From Thermodesulfobacteriota bacterium (lineage in GTDB: Bacteria; Desulfobacterota_D; UBA1144): a stretch of DNA of 45,619 bases. The translations under genes and the position numbers were made by a program. The notes beneath the pieces were generated by a model. It searched no databases. It was not told the DNA's origin and was given only the letters and a program-made list of their open reading frames with translations. The stretch is taken from contig JAQWMJ010000036.1 in assembly GCA_029246845.1 (NCBI GenBank), positions 1 to 45,619 of the forward strand, given 5' to 3'. The first letter of the stretch is position 1. Each line of letters opens with the position of its first letter. This document shows positions 1-9,317 of the stretch, in pieces.

Positions 1-61
1 GGTTTAGTTCTCATCCTCCTACTGAGGATAGAGTTAAAAGACTTATTGATATAAAAGTAAG

Positions 62-1237
62 TTAATTTTTTTTATTATTATAAATCGGTACTCCAATTAT
101 TGCCCATGCAAGCAATATTATTGAGCTTATGATTATCAATACATACGAACTAGGCATTCCAAACAATAAGCTTCTAGAGTATATATAACCTGCTGAAATG
201 CTTCCTATTGCATGCCCCATAAAGCTCAATATATAATATGGCCCTGTTCCGGTAGCTCTCATCTTATCTGGAACATAAAGTGAAAGCAAACTTGGTAGTA
301 CAGATTGAAAAATTGTTATACCCAAGAAAAAAAATATCCCCAAACAATATAAAGTGAGCTCACTCTGCTCTTGAAATATAAAGTATAGAAAACCTACAGA
401 AAGAAAGATCCAACCTGATTTAATTGCTAAGTTAAGTTTATTTCTTTTCTCTAGATATCTTATAGAGGGATATATGAATATTGCAGCAGGAAGAAAAATT
501 ATTAAATAAACTATAGAAAGACTCATTTCCGGTACTTCCAGAAACTTCCAGAAAAGAGGATAGATAAATAGGAATATACTCAGAATTAAAGATAGCATAA
601 AGGATGACAAGTAAATTTTTACCAATTCTTTTGATATTGTAAATTTATTATTTTCTGTAGTGTTTGTTTCTTCTTCTATTCTCTCAGGATAGAAAATTAT
701 GGTTGTAATAATAGCAAGAATTCCAAATATAAAAAGTAAAAGAAATAAGGCGCTAAAATTGAGGACAGAAGATACTATTGGACCGATTAGAAAACCTATA
801 ACAAATGCTACCCCGACTGATAGTCCAACAATTGTAAATGCACTAGCCCTGTTATCTCTTGATGTATTTTCTGATAAAGTTGCTACTCCTACAGAGCTTA
901 TAGCCCCACAACCCTGAATGATCCTACCAAATATAAGTATATCGATATCTTTTGAGAAATAGCATATAAGACTACCAAATGTGAACAGTGAAAGACCTAA
1001 TATGACGATTTTTTTCCTACCAAATTTATCACTCAAATATGCTAAAGGAACTTGCATTATTGCCTGGGCTAATGAGTAAATTCCAATAGCAACACCAGCA
1101 AGAAATAAATTGGAATTATTGTATTCTATTGCATAAATACTGAATATTGGAAGTAGCATAAACAAGCCTAAAAGTCTTAAGGAAAGAATAAGGCTTACTA
1201 TTGTAGTAGCTTTTTTTTCTATAGTTGAGAATGACAT
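62..1237 (-). CDS. MFS transporter (YajR-like)
   Basis: 391-aa ORF with about 12 hydrophobic segments. MFS motif A (LSDKFGRKK) and motif B (GRIIQGCG) are present; the N-terminal LRLLGLFMLLP is YajR-like. Confidence 0.85.
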   Translation of the reverse strand: MSFSTIEKKATTIVSLILSLRLLGLFMLLPIFSIYAIEYNNSNLFLAGVAIGIYSLAQAIMQVPLAYLSDKFGRKKIVILGLSLFTFGSLICYFSKDIDILIFGRIIQGCGAISSVGVATLSENTSRDNRASAFTIVGLSVGVAFVIGFLIGPIVSSVLNFSALFLLLFIFGILAIITTIIFYPERIEEETNTTENNKFTISKELVKIYLSSFMLSLILSIFLFIYPLFWKFLEVPEMSLSIVYLIIFLPAAIFIYPSIRYLEKRNKLNLAIKSGWIFLSVGFLYFIFQEQSELTLYCLGIFFFLGITIFQSVLPSLLSLYVPDKMRATGTGPYYILSFMGHAIGSISAGYIYSRSLLFGMPSSYVLIIISSIILLAWAIIGVPIYNNKKN

Positions 1238-1321
1238 TTGGGTTAAAGAAAATATATCATAATTTTAAGTGAATATAGACAATTCGAGAAATAAATTCAT
1301 CTATGTTAGATTTAGAAAATA

Positions 1322-2401
1322 ATGTCATTTGCATATGCAGAAATTAATTTAGATAACCTTGAAAGAAATGTAGAAGCAATAAGGAATATCTTGGATGATG
1401 GAGTTGAGATTCTAGCTGTTGTAAAGGCTAACGCTTACGGACATGGCTCCATAGAAATAAGCAAGAAATTATCATCACTAAATATAAACAATCTCGCAGT
1501 TGCTACATATGAAGAAGCAATGGAGATAAAGTTGTCAGGAGTAAAAAGTGATATTTTAATACTTGGCTCTATAACCAACGAGGAGATAATTAGCTCAATC
1601 AACCAAGGAGTTCTCTTTACCGTGTATGACATCTCTCAGCTTTATTTCATCGATTCATTAAACCTTAGTAAGATTTCTTTTCATCTAAAGATTGATACTG
1701 GCATGAATAGGCTCGGGATTGATAGGGATCAAATAAAACAGTCAATAAATATAATAAAGAATAATCCCAACCTTTTATTAAAAGGGGTATACACACATTT
1801 TTCTGAATCTGGCATAGTAGATTCAAAATTTACTGAATCTCAAATTTATGAGTTTAATAATATTATTATAAGTTTTAAGGATTCGATACCCAATATAGAT
1901 TTTTTCCATACTTCAAACAGTTCAGGAATTATCAATTTCCCTAACTCACACTTTAATATGGCAAGGCCAGGTCTTGCCCTCTATGGCTTGTCTCCTGAAA
2001 GAAGTAATCAAATTGTTCCTGTCATGGAATTAAAGACTTCAATAGTTAAAATTAGAAATATTAAGAAAGGCGACTCGGTAAGCTATGGTAGAACTTTTAT
2101 TGCAAAAGAAGAAATGATGATTGGAGTTATTCCTATAGGATATGCAGATGGTCTACCTCGGGCACTTTCCAATAAAGGTAAAGTGACTTGTATGAATGAG
2201 AATTGTGATATTTTAGGAAGAGTATGCATGGACCTGACAATAATAAATTTATCAGAGATAGACAATCCTAAGGTTGGAGATGAAGTAATTATCTTCGGTG
2301 CGGGTAAAATAGATGCAAATCAAGTTGCAGATATAGCAGATACAATTCCATATGAGATAGTTTGTGGAATTAGTAAAAGAGTTAAAAGAGTTTACAAATG
2401 A
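1322..2401 (+). CDS. alr: alanine racemase
   Basis: PLP-lysine motif AVVKANAYGHG, plus HLKIDTGMNRLG, GYADG, GRVCMD and TIPYEIVC. Confidence 0.97.
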   Translation: MSFAYAEINLDNLERNVEAIRNILDDGVEILAVVKANAYGHGSIEISKKLSSLNINNLAVATYEEAMEIKLSGVKSDILILGSITNEEIISSINQGVLFTVYDISQLYFIDSLNLSKISFHLKIDTGMNRLGIDRDQIKQSINIIKNNPNLLLKGVYTHFSESGIVDSKFTESQIYEFNNIIISFKDSIPNIDFFHTSNSSGIINFPNSHFNMARPGLALYGLSPERSNQIVPVMELKTSIVKIRNIKKGDSVSYGRTFIAKEEMMIGVIPIGYADGLPRALSNKGKVTCMNENCDILGRVCMDLTIINLSEIDNPKVGDEVIIFGAGKIDANQVADIADTIPYEIVCGISKRVKRVYK

Positions 2402-3783
2402 GCAAATATATACTCTTTGTTTTCTTTGTTTTTCTAATCCCGATGAGCTCTCTATCTTATGAACAAACCTTTTTTGGACCTTTGCTAGAATTTAAAAAAG
2501 ACTCAGGTTCTAAAGTTTATGCTTTTCGTCCTTTATTTTATTATGAAGCTAACTACGAATTGAAATATAGGTCATTAGATATTCTATATCCGATGATGGG
2601 TTATCAAGAGGATAATCAACAAAATCAATTTCAAGCTCTTTTTTATCTTATAAGGTACAAAAATTTTAATGATTATGATAATTTGCAGGAAAAGACTTTT
2701 TCTATCTTTCCTATTTTGGATATCTCGTGGTCAGGGAAAAAAGAAAATGATTATTTTTCCTTATTTCCAATTTACGGGAACCTAAAAAATAAATTTACAA
2801 AAGATGAGATAAAATATTTTTTATTTCCATTGTATTTGAGCACTAAAGAGAAAAATTCTCATAATACGCACTTATTGTGGCCTATTGTGTCTAAAACTGA
2901 AGGAAAGTATGTTTCAGGATTTAAGCTATGGCCTCTTTTTGGATATATGAACAAAGTAGACATCAAGGGATCTAAAATAATCAAAGAGAGCAAGTTCTTT
3001 CTATGGCCTTTTTACAGCTATAAAAAAGATGATACTAAAGGACTGAATCTTGAGGAGAAGGCATATTTCCCTTTTTATCTTTCTTCCACTTCATCTATTC
3101 ATGAGGCCAGAACTTATTTATGGCCTTTCTTTAATGTTTATGTAGACAAGCTAAGGAATCAAAAAACATACAATATGCCTTGGCCTTTTGTCCAATATAA
3201 GCAAGGGGCTAACATTAGAAGCAAAAGATTTTTTCCATTCTATTCATATGTAAAAACCAAGAATGTTGAAAAAGGTTTCTTCTTATGGCCTATATATAAA
3301 TATAAGAATGAAATTTTAGGTACAGATTATTTTAAAACTAAAAGCTTTCTATTTTTCTTATACAAGCAAGATACATACTATGACTTAAGAAAGAATATAA
3401 TAAAAAAGGAGTTCTCTAGCTTTTGGCCTATATATTCTATTGATTCAGATCTAAATGGGTATGACCTTAGGATTTTCTCTCCTGTGGAAAGTTTTTTCTC
3501 TAACAATATAAAAGTAAGGAAAATATGGTCCCCTCTATGGTCAATATTAAGAATTAGAGATGATAATTTATCTTCTGAAGCTTCTATACTTTTCAATTTT
3601 ATAAGTTATAAAAATTATAAAATTGAAAAAAGAAAAAAGTTTAGTTTGAACTTTATTTTTCCTATTATTTCAAATGAATCACGAGTAAATTCAAATAAAT
3701 TTAATATTTTGGGTGGATTGGTGGGATTTGAAACTGGTGAGAAAACGAAAATTAGAATATTATATATACCTATAAGTTTATGA
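2398..3783 (+). CDS. exported hypothetical protein with ~20 [FL][WF]P[FIL][FY] repeats, encoded in the MCE operon
   Basis: 461-aa ORF with a signal-peptide-like N-terminus and recurring LWPF/FFPF/LFPI motifs. ATGA overlaps couple it to both alr and mlaE. Confidence 0.8.
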   Translation: MSKYILFVFFVFLIPMSSLSYEQTFFGPLLEFKKDSGSKVYAFRPLFYYEANYELKYRSLDILYPMMGYQEDNQQNQFQALFYLIRYKNFNDYDNLQEKTFSIFPILDISWSGKKENDYFSLFPIYGNLKNKFTKDEIKYFLFPLYLSTKEKNSHNTHLLWPIVSKTEGKYVSGFKLWPLFGYMNKVDIKGSKIIKESKFFLWPFYSYKKDDTKGLNLEEKAYFPFYLSSTSSIHEARTYLWPFFNVYVDKLRNQKTYNMPWPFVQYKQGANIRSKRFFPFYSYVKTKNVEKGFFLWPIYKYKNEILGTDYFKTKSFLFFLYKQDTYYDLRKNIIKKEFSSFWPIYSIDSDLNGYDLRIFSPVESFFSNNIKVRKIWSPLWSILRIRDDNLSSEASILFNFISYKNYKIEKRKKFSLNFIFPIISNESRVNSNKFNILGGLVGFETGEKTKIRILYIPISL

Positions 3784-4547
3784 GTAGTTTTGTAAAAATA
3801 ACAGTAGGAATAGGTGAATTTTTAGATCTTTTATGGAAGACTCTAAAATCAATTAAATATTTTTCAAACAATGCAGACAAGTTCTTTTATCAAGTCTTTG
3901 ATATGGGGAACAGGACTCTCCCAGTTGCAGCTCTTATTTCATTATCTATAGGATCCGTTTTAGCTTTGCAGACAGGAATACAACTTTCTGGGTATGGAAT
4001 AGAAGATAAAATTGGTGGCATTGTTGGACTTTCTTTATGTACAGAATTAGCACCTGTTATGGCAGCTATTTTGATGGCAGGCAGAGTTGGTTCTTCTATA
4101 ACCGCTGAAATATCATCTATGAAAATCTATGAAGAAATCTCAGCCTTAGAAACTATGAAGATTGATCCTGTAAGATTTCTTGTTCTTCCAAGGTTTCTTG
4201 CTTGCATTGTAACGTTACCTTTCTTGGTAATATATATGGATTTGATTGGATGGCTTGGAGGCTCCTTTGTTTCTTCTATGAATCAAACTATATCAGTCTC
4301 CTTTTCTTCATTCTATAATGATCTTAGTCAAGTGGTTACCATTTCAGATATTTCAGTTGGGATTATAAAATCTTTATTTTTCGCTGTAACGATTTCAATA
4401 GTATCATGTTCAGTAGGTTTACTCGCATCGGGGGGCCCTAGGGAAATAGGAAATTCTGTAACTAAGTCGGTTGTTGCTTCCTTTATATCTATTTTAGTCC
4501 TAGATTACTTTTTGACAAGATTGTTAATCCTAGTGGGTTTATTATGA
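3780..4547 (+). CDS. mlaE: MlaE-family ABC permease of an MCE transporter
   Basis: Motifs ELAPVMAAILMAGRVGSSITAEI, MKIYEEISALETM, DPVRFLVLPR. Confidence 0.95.
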   Translation: MSSFVKITVGIGEFLDLLWKTLKSIKYFSNNADKFFYQVFDMGNRTLPVAALISLSIGSVLALQTGIQLSGYGIEDKIGGIVGLSLCTELAPVMAAILMAGRVGSSITAEISSMKIYEEISALETMKIDPVRFLVLPRFLACIVTLPFLVIYMDLIGWLGGSFVSSMNQTISVSFSSFYNDLSQVVTISDISVGIIKSLFFAVTISIVSCSVGLLASGGPREIGNSVTKSVVASFISILVLDYFLTRLLILVGLL

Positions 4548-5257
4548 AAAATTTTTCTTCTATAAAATTAGACAAGGTTTCAAAGAGCTTTGATGGAAAA
4601 ACTGTTCTTGACCAACTGGACTGCGAATTTCTAAATAAAGAGGTTCATGTAATTCTCGGTAAATCAGGTACTGGAAAATCTGTATTATTAAAGATGATTA
4701 TTGGGCTTATAGCTCCTGATATTGGAAGAATCATCATAGACAATGAAGATATACATAAAAGTATTGAGAAGAACAATCTTATTCTATCTTATATTTTTCA
4801 GTCATCTGCCTTATTAAACTCATTAAGTGTTTTAGATAATATTACTATTTATCTTGATGAACATAGGATTGGTACCAAAGAAGAAAGGGCTAGTAAAGCA
4901 TATGAAATATTGTCAGACTTAGGTATTCAAGAAGCAGCACTAAGAATGCCTTCGGATTTAAGTGGAGGAATGAGAAAAAGGGTTGCTATTGCAAGATCCC
5001 TCATTATTGCCCCAGACATACTTCTATATGACGAACCTACGGCTGAGCTAGACCCAATTAATACCAAAATAATCTCACAAATAATCAACAAGTTAAAAAG
5101 TAAGAGCTCCATAACTCAGGTAGTTGTCACTCATGACATTGATTTTGCATATTCAATAGCTGATAAAATTTCGATTCTAGAGAATGGTAGCATAGTTGTA
5201 ACAGGCAATTCCTCAGATGTTAAAAATTCAAATAATGCAATTTTAGAGCCAATTTAG
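4544..5257 (+). CDS. mlaF: MlaF/Mkl-family ABC ATPase
   Basis: Walker A GKSGTGKS, signature LSGGMRKRV, Walker B LLYDEPT, H-loop VVTHD; lies between mlaE and mlaD. Confidence 0.95.
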   Translation: MKNFSSIKLDKVSKSFDGKTVLDQLDCEFLNKEVHVILGKSGTGKSVLLKMIIGLIAPDIGRIIIDNEDIHKSIEKNNLILSYIFQSSALLNSLSVLDNITIYLDEHRIGTKEERASKAYEILSDLGIQEAALRMPSDLSGGMRKRVAIARSLIIAPDILLYDEPTAELDPINTKIISQIINKLKSKSSITQVVVTHDIDFAYSIADKISILENGSIVVTGNSSDVKNSNNAILEPI

Positions 5258-5270
5258 GTAGAATGTTCAT

Positions 5271-6245
5271 ATGAATAGAAAAATGCAGCTAGGGACTTTT
5301 TTTGTTTTAGGAATCGTAACCCTTTTAGTTCTATTTGAGGTGGTATCAGGAGTTGACTTTTTGAAGAAAGAAAATACTTATACTTGTTACTTTTCTTCTG
5401 TTGGCGAACTTAGAGTTGGAAACGAAGTAAAGCTTTCAGGAGTTGAGGTTGGCAGGGTAAAGGAAATAACTTTGTCCGGCCAAAATGTTGCAGTCGTAGT
5501 TTCAATAGATAAAGACGTAATTTTAAAAGATGATTCTATTGCGTCTATTAACATGACTAGTCTCTTGGGAAGCACTTATGTTGGTATTACTTTTGGTTCA
5601 TCTAATTCAAGGATATTGAGTGATGGTGGGGTCATGCTATCTACTAAGCCAGTCGATTTTAATTCTTTGGTTGTTAAATTAGATAAAACCGTTGATATGT
5701 TTAATTCACAGCTATTTGAATATAATGACCAGATTAAATCAATACTTTCAAATTTAAATATAATTGTTTCTAATGTTGCTAATTCGAAGGGTACTATTGG
5801 AAGGCTTGTTAATGACCCTGGCATATATGAGGATTTGAAGTCCAGCTTAGACTTTTTCTCTAATATTACAAAAAAGATAGATCAAGGAGATGGAACCTTA
5901 GGCCTTCTTATCAACGACAAGTCTGTATACGATAAAGCGAAGAAGACTTTAGAAAAAATTAATATGCTTACAGATAAACTTGCTTCGGGAGACGGGTCTC
6001 TTGGAAAGCTGATTAATGATGAGCAGCTCTATAATTCTATTAATGACTTATCAAAGAATTTAAATTCTTTGGTGACAAAAATTAATTCTGGAGAAGGAAC
6101 TTTGGGCAAATTAATTAATGATGATAGGTTGTATTACGATGCATTAAATTCAGTTCGAAAACTTAAGAATGCAACTGAAACTCAAGAAGACCTTGCACCA
6201 TTGACAACAATCTCGGCAGCTTTTGGTGTCATGACTCTTTTTTAA
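5271..6245 (+). CDS. mlaD: MCE/MlaD protein with a long C-terminal helical repeat region
   Basis: N-terminal TM anchor, MCE domain (LRVGNEVKLSGVEVGRV; SLLGSTYVGI pore loop), then repeats. Confidence 0.92.
   Translation: MNRKMQLGTFFVLGIVTLLVLFEVVSGVDFLKKENTYTCYFSSVGELRVGNEVKLSGVEVGRVKEITLSGQNVAVVVSIDKDVILKDDSIASINMTSLLGSTYVGITFGSSNSRILSDGGVMLSTKPVDFNSLVVKLDKTVDMFNSQLFEYNDQIKSILSNLNIIVSNVANSKGTIGRLVNDPGIYEDLKSSLDFFSNITKKIDQGDGTLGLLINDKSVYDKAKKTLEKINMLTDKLASGDGSLGKLINDEQLYNSINDLSKNLNSLVTKINSGEGTLGKLINDDRLYYDALNSVRKLKNATETQEDLAPLTTISAAFGVMTLF
5784..6191 (+). repeat. four in-frame 34-aa (102-bp period) tandem repeats in MlaD, motif xxGT/SLGxLIND..Y
   Basis: Units start at 5784 (SKGTIGRLVND), 5886 (GDGTLGLLIND), 5988 (GDGSLGKLIND) and 6090 (GEGTLGKLIND). 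Confidence 0.9.
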
Positions 6246-6246
6246 T

Positions 6247-6699
6247 ATGGCGATTTATTCATCAAATCCAAATGCAAATAGAAACTTTCATATTGAGGAA
6301 AAGTTTGAGGCAGGCGTTGTGTTGTCAGGCTCAGAAGTAAAATCAACCAAAGATGGTCAATTAAGTATCAAAGAGAGCTATGCAATCATTAGGAAGGGTG
6401 AGGTTTTTGTTATAAATTCCTATATACCCAAATATAATAATTCATCATATTTTACTCATGAAGAAACAAGAGATAGAAAACTCCTACTCAATAAGATTGA
6501 AATTAGGAAGCTCATAGGTAAAACAAAGATTAAAGGATATACTCTCGTCCCTATAAGAGTTTATTCAAAAAAGAATCTTATTAAGTTTGAAATAGGGCTT
6601 GGAAAGGGTAAGAAGCTTTATGATAAGCGTGTCGATTTAAAAAAGAAAGACTTAAAAAGAGAGCTTAGAAGAGAATTTAAAAATAAAACTAGTATTTAA
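6247..6699 (+). CDS. smpB: SsrA-binding protein
   Basis: Motifs EAGVVLSGSEVKS, RDRKLLL, GKGKKLYDKR; directly upstream of tmRNA. Confidence 0.97.
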   Translation: MAIYSSNPNANRNFHIEEKFEAGVVLSGSEVKSTKDGQLSIKESYAIIRKGEVFVINSYIPKYNNSSYFTHEETRDRKLLLNKIEIRKLIGKTKIKGYTLVPIRVYSKKNLIKFEIGLGKGKKLYDKRVDLKKKDLKRELRREFKNKTSI

Positions 6700-6732
6700 T
6701 CTTCTTCAAATATGGTCTAATATATACACTTT

Positions 6733-7076
6733 GGGGGCGATTTGGTTTCGACGTAAATTTAGCATTTAGATGCTGCATGCCGAGAGCTAACTCGTAAAAC
6801 TGGCACTCGCACAATAAGTGCAGAACCAATCAATCAACTTGCTGCCTAGAATAGCGTAGCAACATTGAAGATAACTTTGCTCATAGGGTTTTCTTCAATG
6901 TCATTAATATGGGCCTGATAAAATTTTCTTCTCTGCTTTTTTATCAGTATATTAGAGAATCGAGATATCTTTTGTTTTTTAGCTACAAGAGATATTTTTA
7001 AAATCGAGCTAAAATAAGCATGTAGAGGCTCTATTTAGCTTATTTCCGGACCTGGGTTCGATTCCCAGCGCCTCCA
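6733..7076 (+). ncRNA. ssrA: tmRNA; tag reading frame 6820-6849 encodes AEPINQLAA*
   Basis: 5' GGGGGCG pairs with 3' CGCCTCC(A) and has the G3.U alanine identity pair. Also present: GGTTTCGAC near the 5' end, T-arm CTGGG-TTCGATT-CCCAG, resume context ATAAGT-GCA, and a tag ending in LAA. CCA is not encoded. Confidence 0.96.
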
Positions 7077-7087
7077 ATAAAGTTATC

Positions 7088-7669
7088 ATGAAAATACTTA
7101 TAGGCTCAAATAATGAAGGTAAAGTAAATGAATACAAAACCCTGCTAGGGTCAAGTTTTAACCCATTGCCTGTGTCCGAATTAGGAATTAACTTAGATGT
7201 TGAAGAAACCGGTTCCACCTATGAAGAGAATGCGTTAATCAAACTTAATTTTTTGAAGGCTGAATGTAACTTTCCTATTATAACAGACGATTCAGGCATT
7301 GAGGTTGAGTATTTAGATGGGAGACCAGGTATATACTCAGCAAGATATGCAGGAGATAATGCCTTAGATAAAGATAATATTGATAAGCTTTTATATGAAT
7401 TATCTGGCGTGAAATTAAGAAGGGCTAAGTTTGTATGCACTATTGCTTACTGGGACCCTAGAAGTAATTCTGAGCCAATAATATGCAGCGGAGAATGTAA
7501 TGGAGAGATATTGGAAAAAAGGAAAGGTATTTCTGGATTTGGCTATGATCCTATTTTTTATATACCAATCTTGCAAAGAACTTTCGCTGAATTAGCCAAG
7601 GAAGAAAAGAACACTCTCAGTCATAGATATGAAGCTGTAAAAGAATTATTGAAAAGAATTAATATTTAA
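7088..7669 (+). CDS. rdgB: dITP/XTP pyrophosphatase (RdgB/HAM1)
   Basis: Motifs NEGKVNE, EENALIK, DDSG, PGIYSARY, GFGYDPIF, KNTLSHR. Confidence 0.96.
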   Translation: MKILIGSNNEGKVNEYKTLLGSSFNPLPVSELGINLDVEETGSTYEENALIKLNFLKAECNFPIITDDSGIEVEYLDGRPGIYSARYAGDNALDKDNIDKLLYELSGVKLRRAKFVCTIAYWDPRSNSEPIICSGECNGEILEKRKGISGFGYDPIFYIPILQRTFAELAKEEKNTLSHRYEAVKELLKRINI

Positions 7670-7670
7670 T

Positions 7671-7699
7671 TTGTAAATATTGAAAACTTTCAATATTAT
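7671..7699 (+). promoter_or_regulatory. putative sigma70 promoter of pyrG
   Basis: TTGTAA-N17-TATTAT, 13 nt upstream of the ATG at 7713. The AT-rich background lowers confidence. Confidence 0.4.
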
Positions 7700-7712
7700 A
7701 AGATTAAGCCCT

Positions 7713-9317
7713 ATGCGTAAGAAAGTAACTAAGTATATATTTGTAACTGGAGGAGTAATGTCCTCTTTAGGTAAAGGATTAGCTAGTGCATGTATAGGGG
7801 CGCTTCTCGAAGCTAGAGGTATGAGGGTTTCAATCCAAAAACTTGACCCATACTTAAATATTGACCCAGGAACTATGAACCCTTATCAGCATGGGGAAGT
7901 TTTTGTTACTCATGATGGAGCAGAAACTGATTTAGATCTTGGTCATTATGAGAGATTTACTAACGCCTCTCTTTCTCAAGAAAACAATGTTACTAGTGGT
8001 AGAGTCTACAATGAAGTTATTTCAAAAGAAAGAAAAGGCGATTATCTGGGTCAAACTGTTCAAGTTATTCCTCATATAACTGATGAAATAATTAAAAGAA
8101 TCTATTCTTTGGAAAACAAGCAAGATGTATCTATAATTGAGATTGGTGGAACTGTTGGGGACATAGAGAGTTTGCCCTTTTTGGAATCTATAAGGCAAAT
8201 CAGGTCACAATTAGGTAGAGAAAATGCAATATTCATTCATCTAACATACGTACCATATCTAAAAGCTGCTGGAGAATTAAAAACAAAACCAACACAGCAC
8301 AGTGTTAAAGATTTACTCTCAATTGGAATCCAGCCAGATATTCTTTTATGTAGAACAGATAGGTTCTTGTCTAATGATATAAAAACGAAAATAGCCCTCT
8401 TTTGCAATTTAAATGTTGAATCAGTTATAACTGCAAAAGATGTTGATATAATATATGAGATCCCCCTCGTTCTTCATAAAGAAGGCCTTGATGATATAAT
8501 TTTGGAGAATCTTAAAATCTGGACCAAAGAGCCTGATTTTTCTAAATGGGAGAACATAGTATCTAAGATTAAAAAACTCAAAAATGAGGTTACTATCGCA
8601 GTAGTTGGTAAGTATATAGATTTGAAAGATGCATATAAAAGTTTGCATGAAGCCCTATACCATGCTTCTTTTCATAACAATTTAAAATTAAAGATTAATT
8701 ATATTGACTCAGAAGATCTTGAAAAAGGCCAACCCAAGAATTTATTATCTGATTGCGACGGAATTTTGGTTCCAGGTGGATTTGGTAATAGAGGCTTTGA
8801 GGGTAAGATTTCTGCAATAAAGTATGCCAGAGAAAAAAATATCCCCTTCTTTGGAATATGTTTGGGTTTGCAGATGGCAGTAGTTGAATTTGCTAGGAAT
8901 GTTTGTAATATAAAAAATGCAAATTCCAGGGAGTCAGGTAGAAAAATCAAAGATTTTGTAATAGACATTATGGACCATCAAAAAGATCTTGATACAAAAG
9001 GCGGCAACATGAGGTTAGGGGACTATCCATGTGAAATCAAGAAATCTACTAGAGTCTCAGAGGCCTATAAGAAAAATAAGATTTCAGAAAGGCACAGGCA
9101 TCGCTATGAAGTTAATCCTAAATATCATTCTGTTCTAACTAAAAATGGATTAGTATTAAGTGGGTTGTCTCCAGATGGTAAATTGGCAGAAACGATTGAG
9201 ATCAAAGAGCATCCTTGGTTTGTAGCTTGTCAGTTTCATCCTGAGTTTAAATCAAAGCCCTTTCAACCTCACCCTTTATTTGTTCACTTTATAAAAGCCT
9301 CATCTAAGAAGTCTTAA
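7713..9317 (+). CDS. pyrG: CTP synthase
   Basis: Motifs [43 protein letters not shown]. Start moved to the ATG at 7713. Confidence 0.98.
   Translation: MRKKVTKYIFVTGGVMSSLGKGLASACIGALLEARGMRVSIQKLDPYLNIDPGTMNPYQHGEVFVTHDGAETDLDLGHYERFTNASLSQENNVTSGRVYNEVISKERKGDYLGQTVQVIPHITDEIIKRIYSLENKQDVSIIEIGGTVGDIESLPFLESIRQIRSQLGRENAIFIHLTYVPYLKAAGELKTKPTQHSVKDLLSIGIQPDILLCRTDRFLSNDIKTKIALFCNLNVESVITAKDVDIIYEIPLVLHKEGLDDIILENLKIWTKEPDFSKWENIVSKIKKLKNEVTIAVVGKYIDLKDAYKSLHEALYHASFHNNLKLKINYIDSEDLEKGQPKNLLSDCDGILVPGGFGNRGFEGKISAIKYAREKNIPFFGICLGLQMAVVEFARNVCNIKNANSRESGRKIKDFVIDIMDHQKDLDTKGGNMRLGDYPCEIKKSTRVSEAYKKNKISERHRHRYEVNPKYHSVLTKNGLVLSGLSPDGKLAETIEIKEHPWFVACQFHPEFKSKPFQPHPLFVHFIKASSKKS

Noticed and set aside
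1-29. Possible minus-strand gene start (ATG at 14, MRTK...) with an adjacent AGGAGG inside a small ATCCTC/GAGGAT hairpin
   Set aside because: Only 14 nt lie in the window and the SD-to-ATG spacing is zero, so it cannot be supported.
7045-7076. tRNA-like T-arm and acceptor stem
   Set aside because: This is the tRNA-like domain of tmRNA; there is no anticodon arm.
7009-7218. 69-aa minus-strand ORF over the ssrA 3' end and rdgB
   Set aside because: It is antisense to tmRNA and rdgB, a common spurious call.
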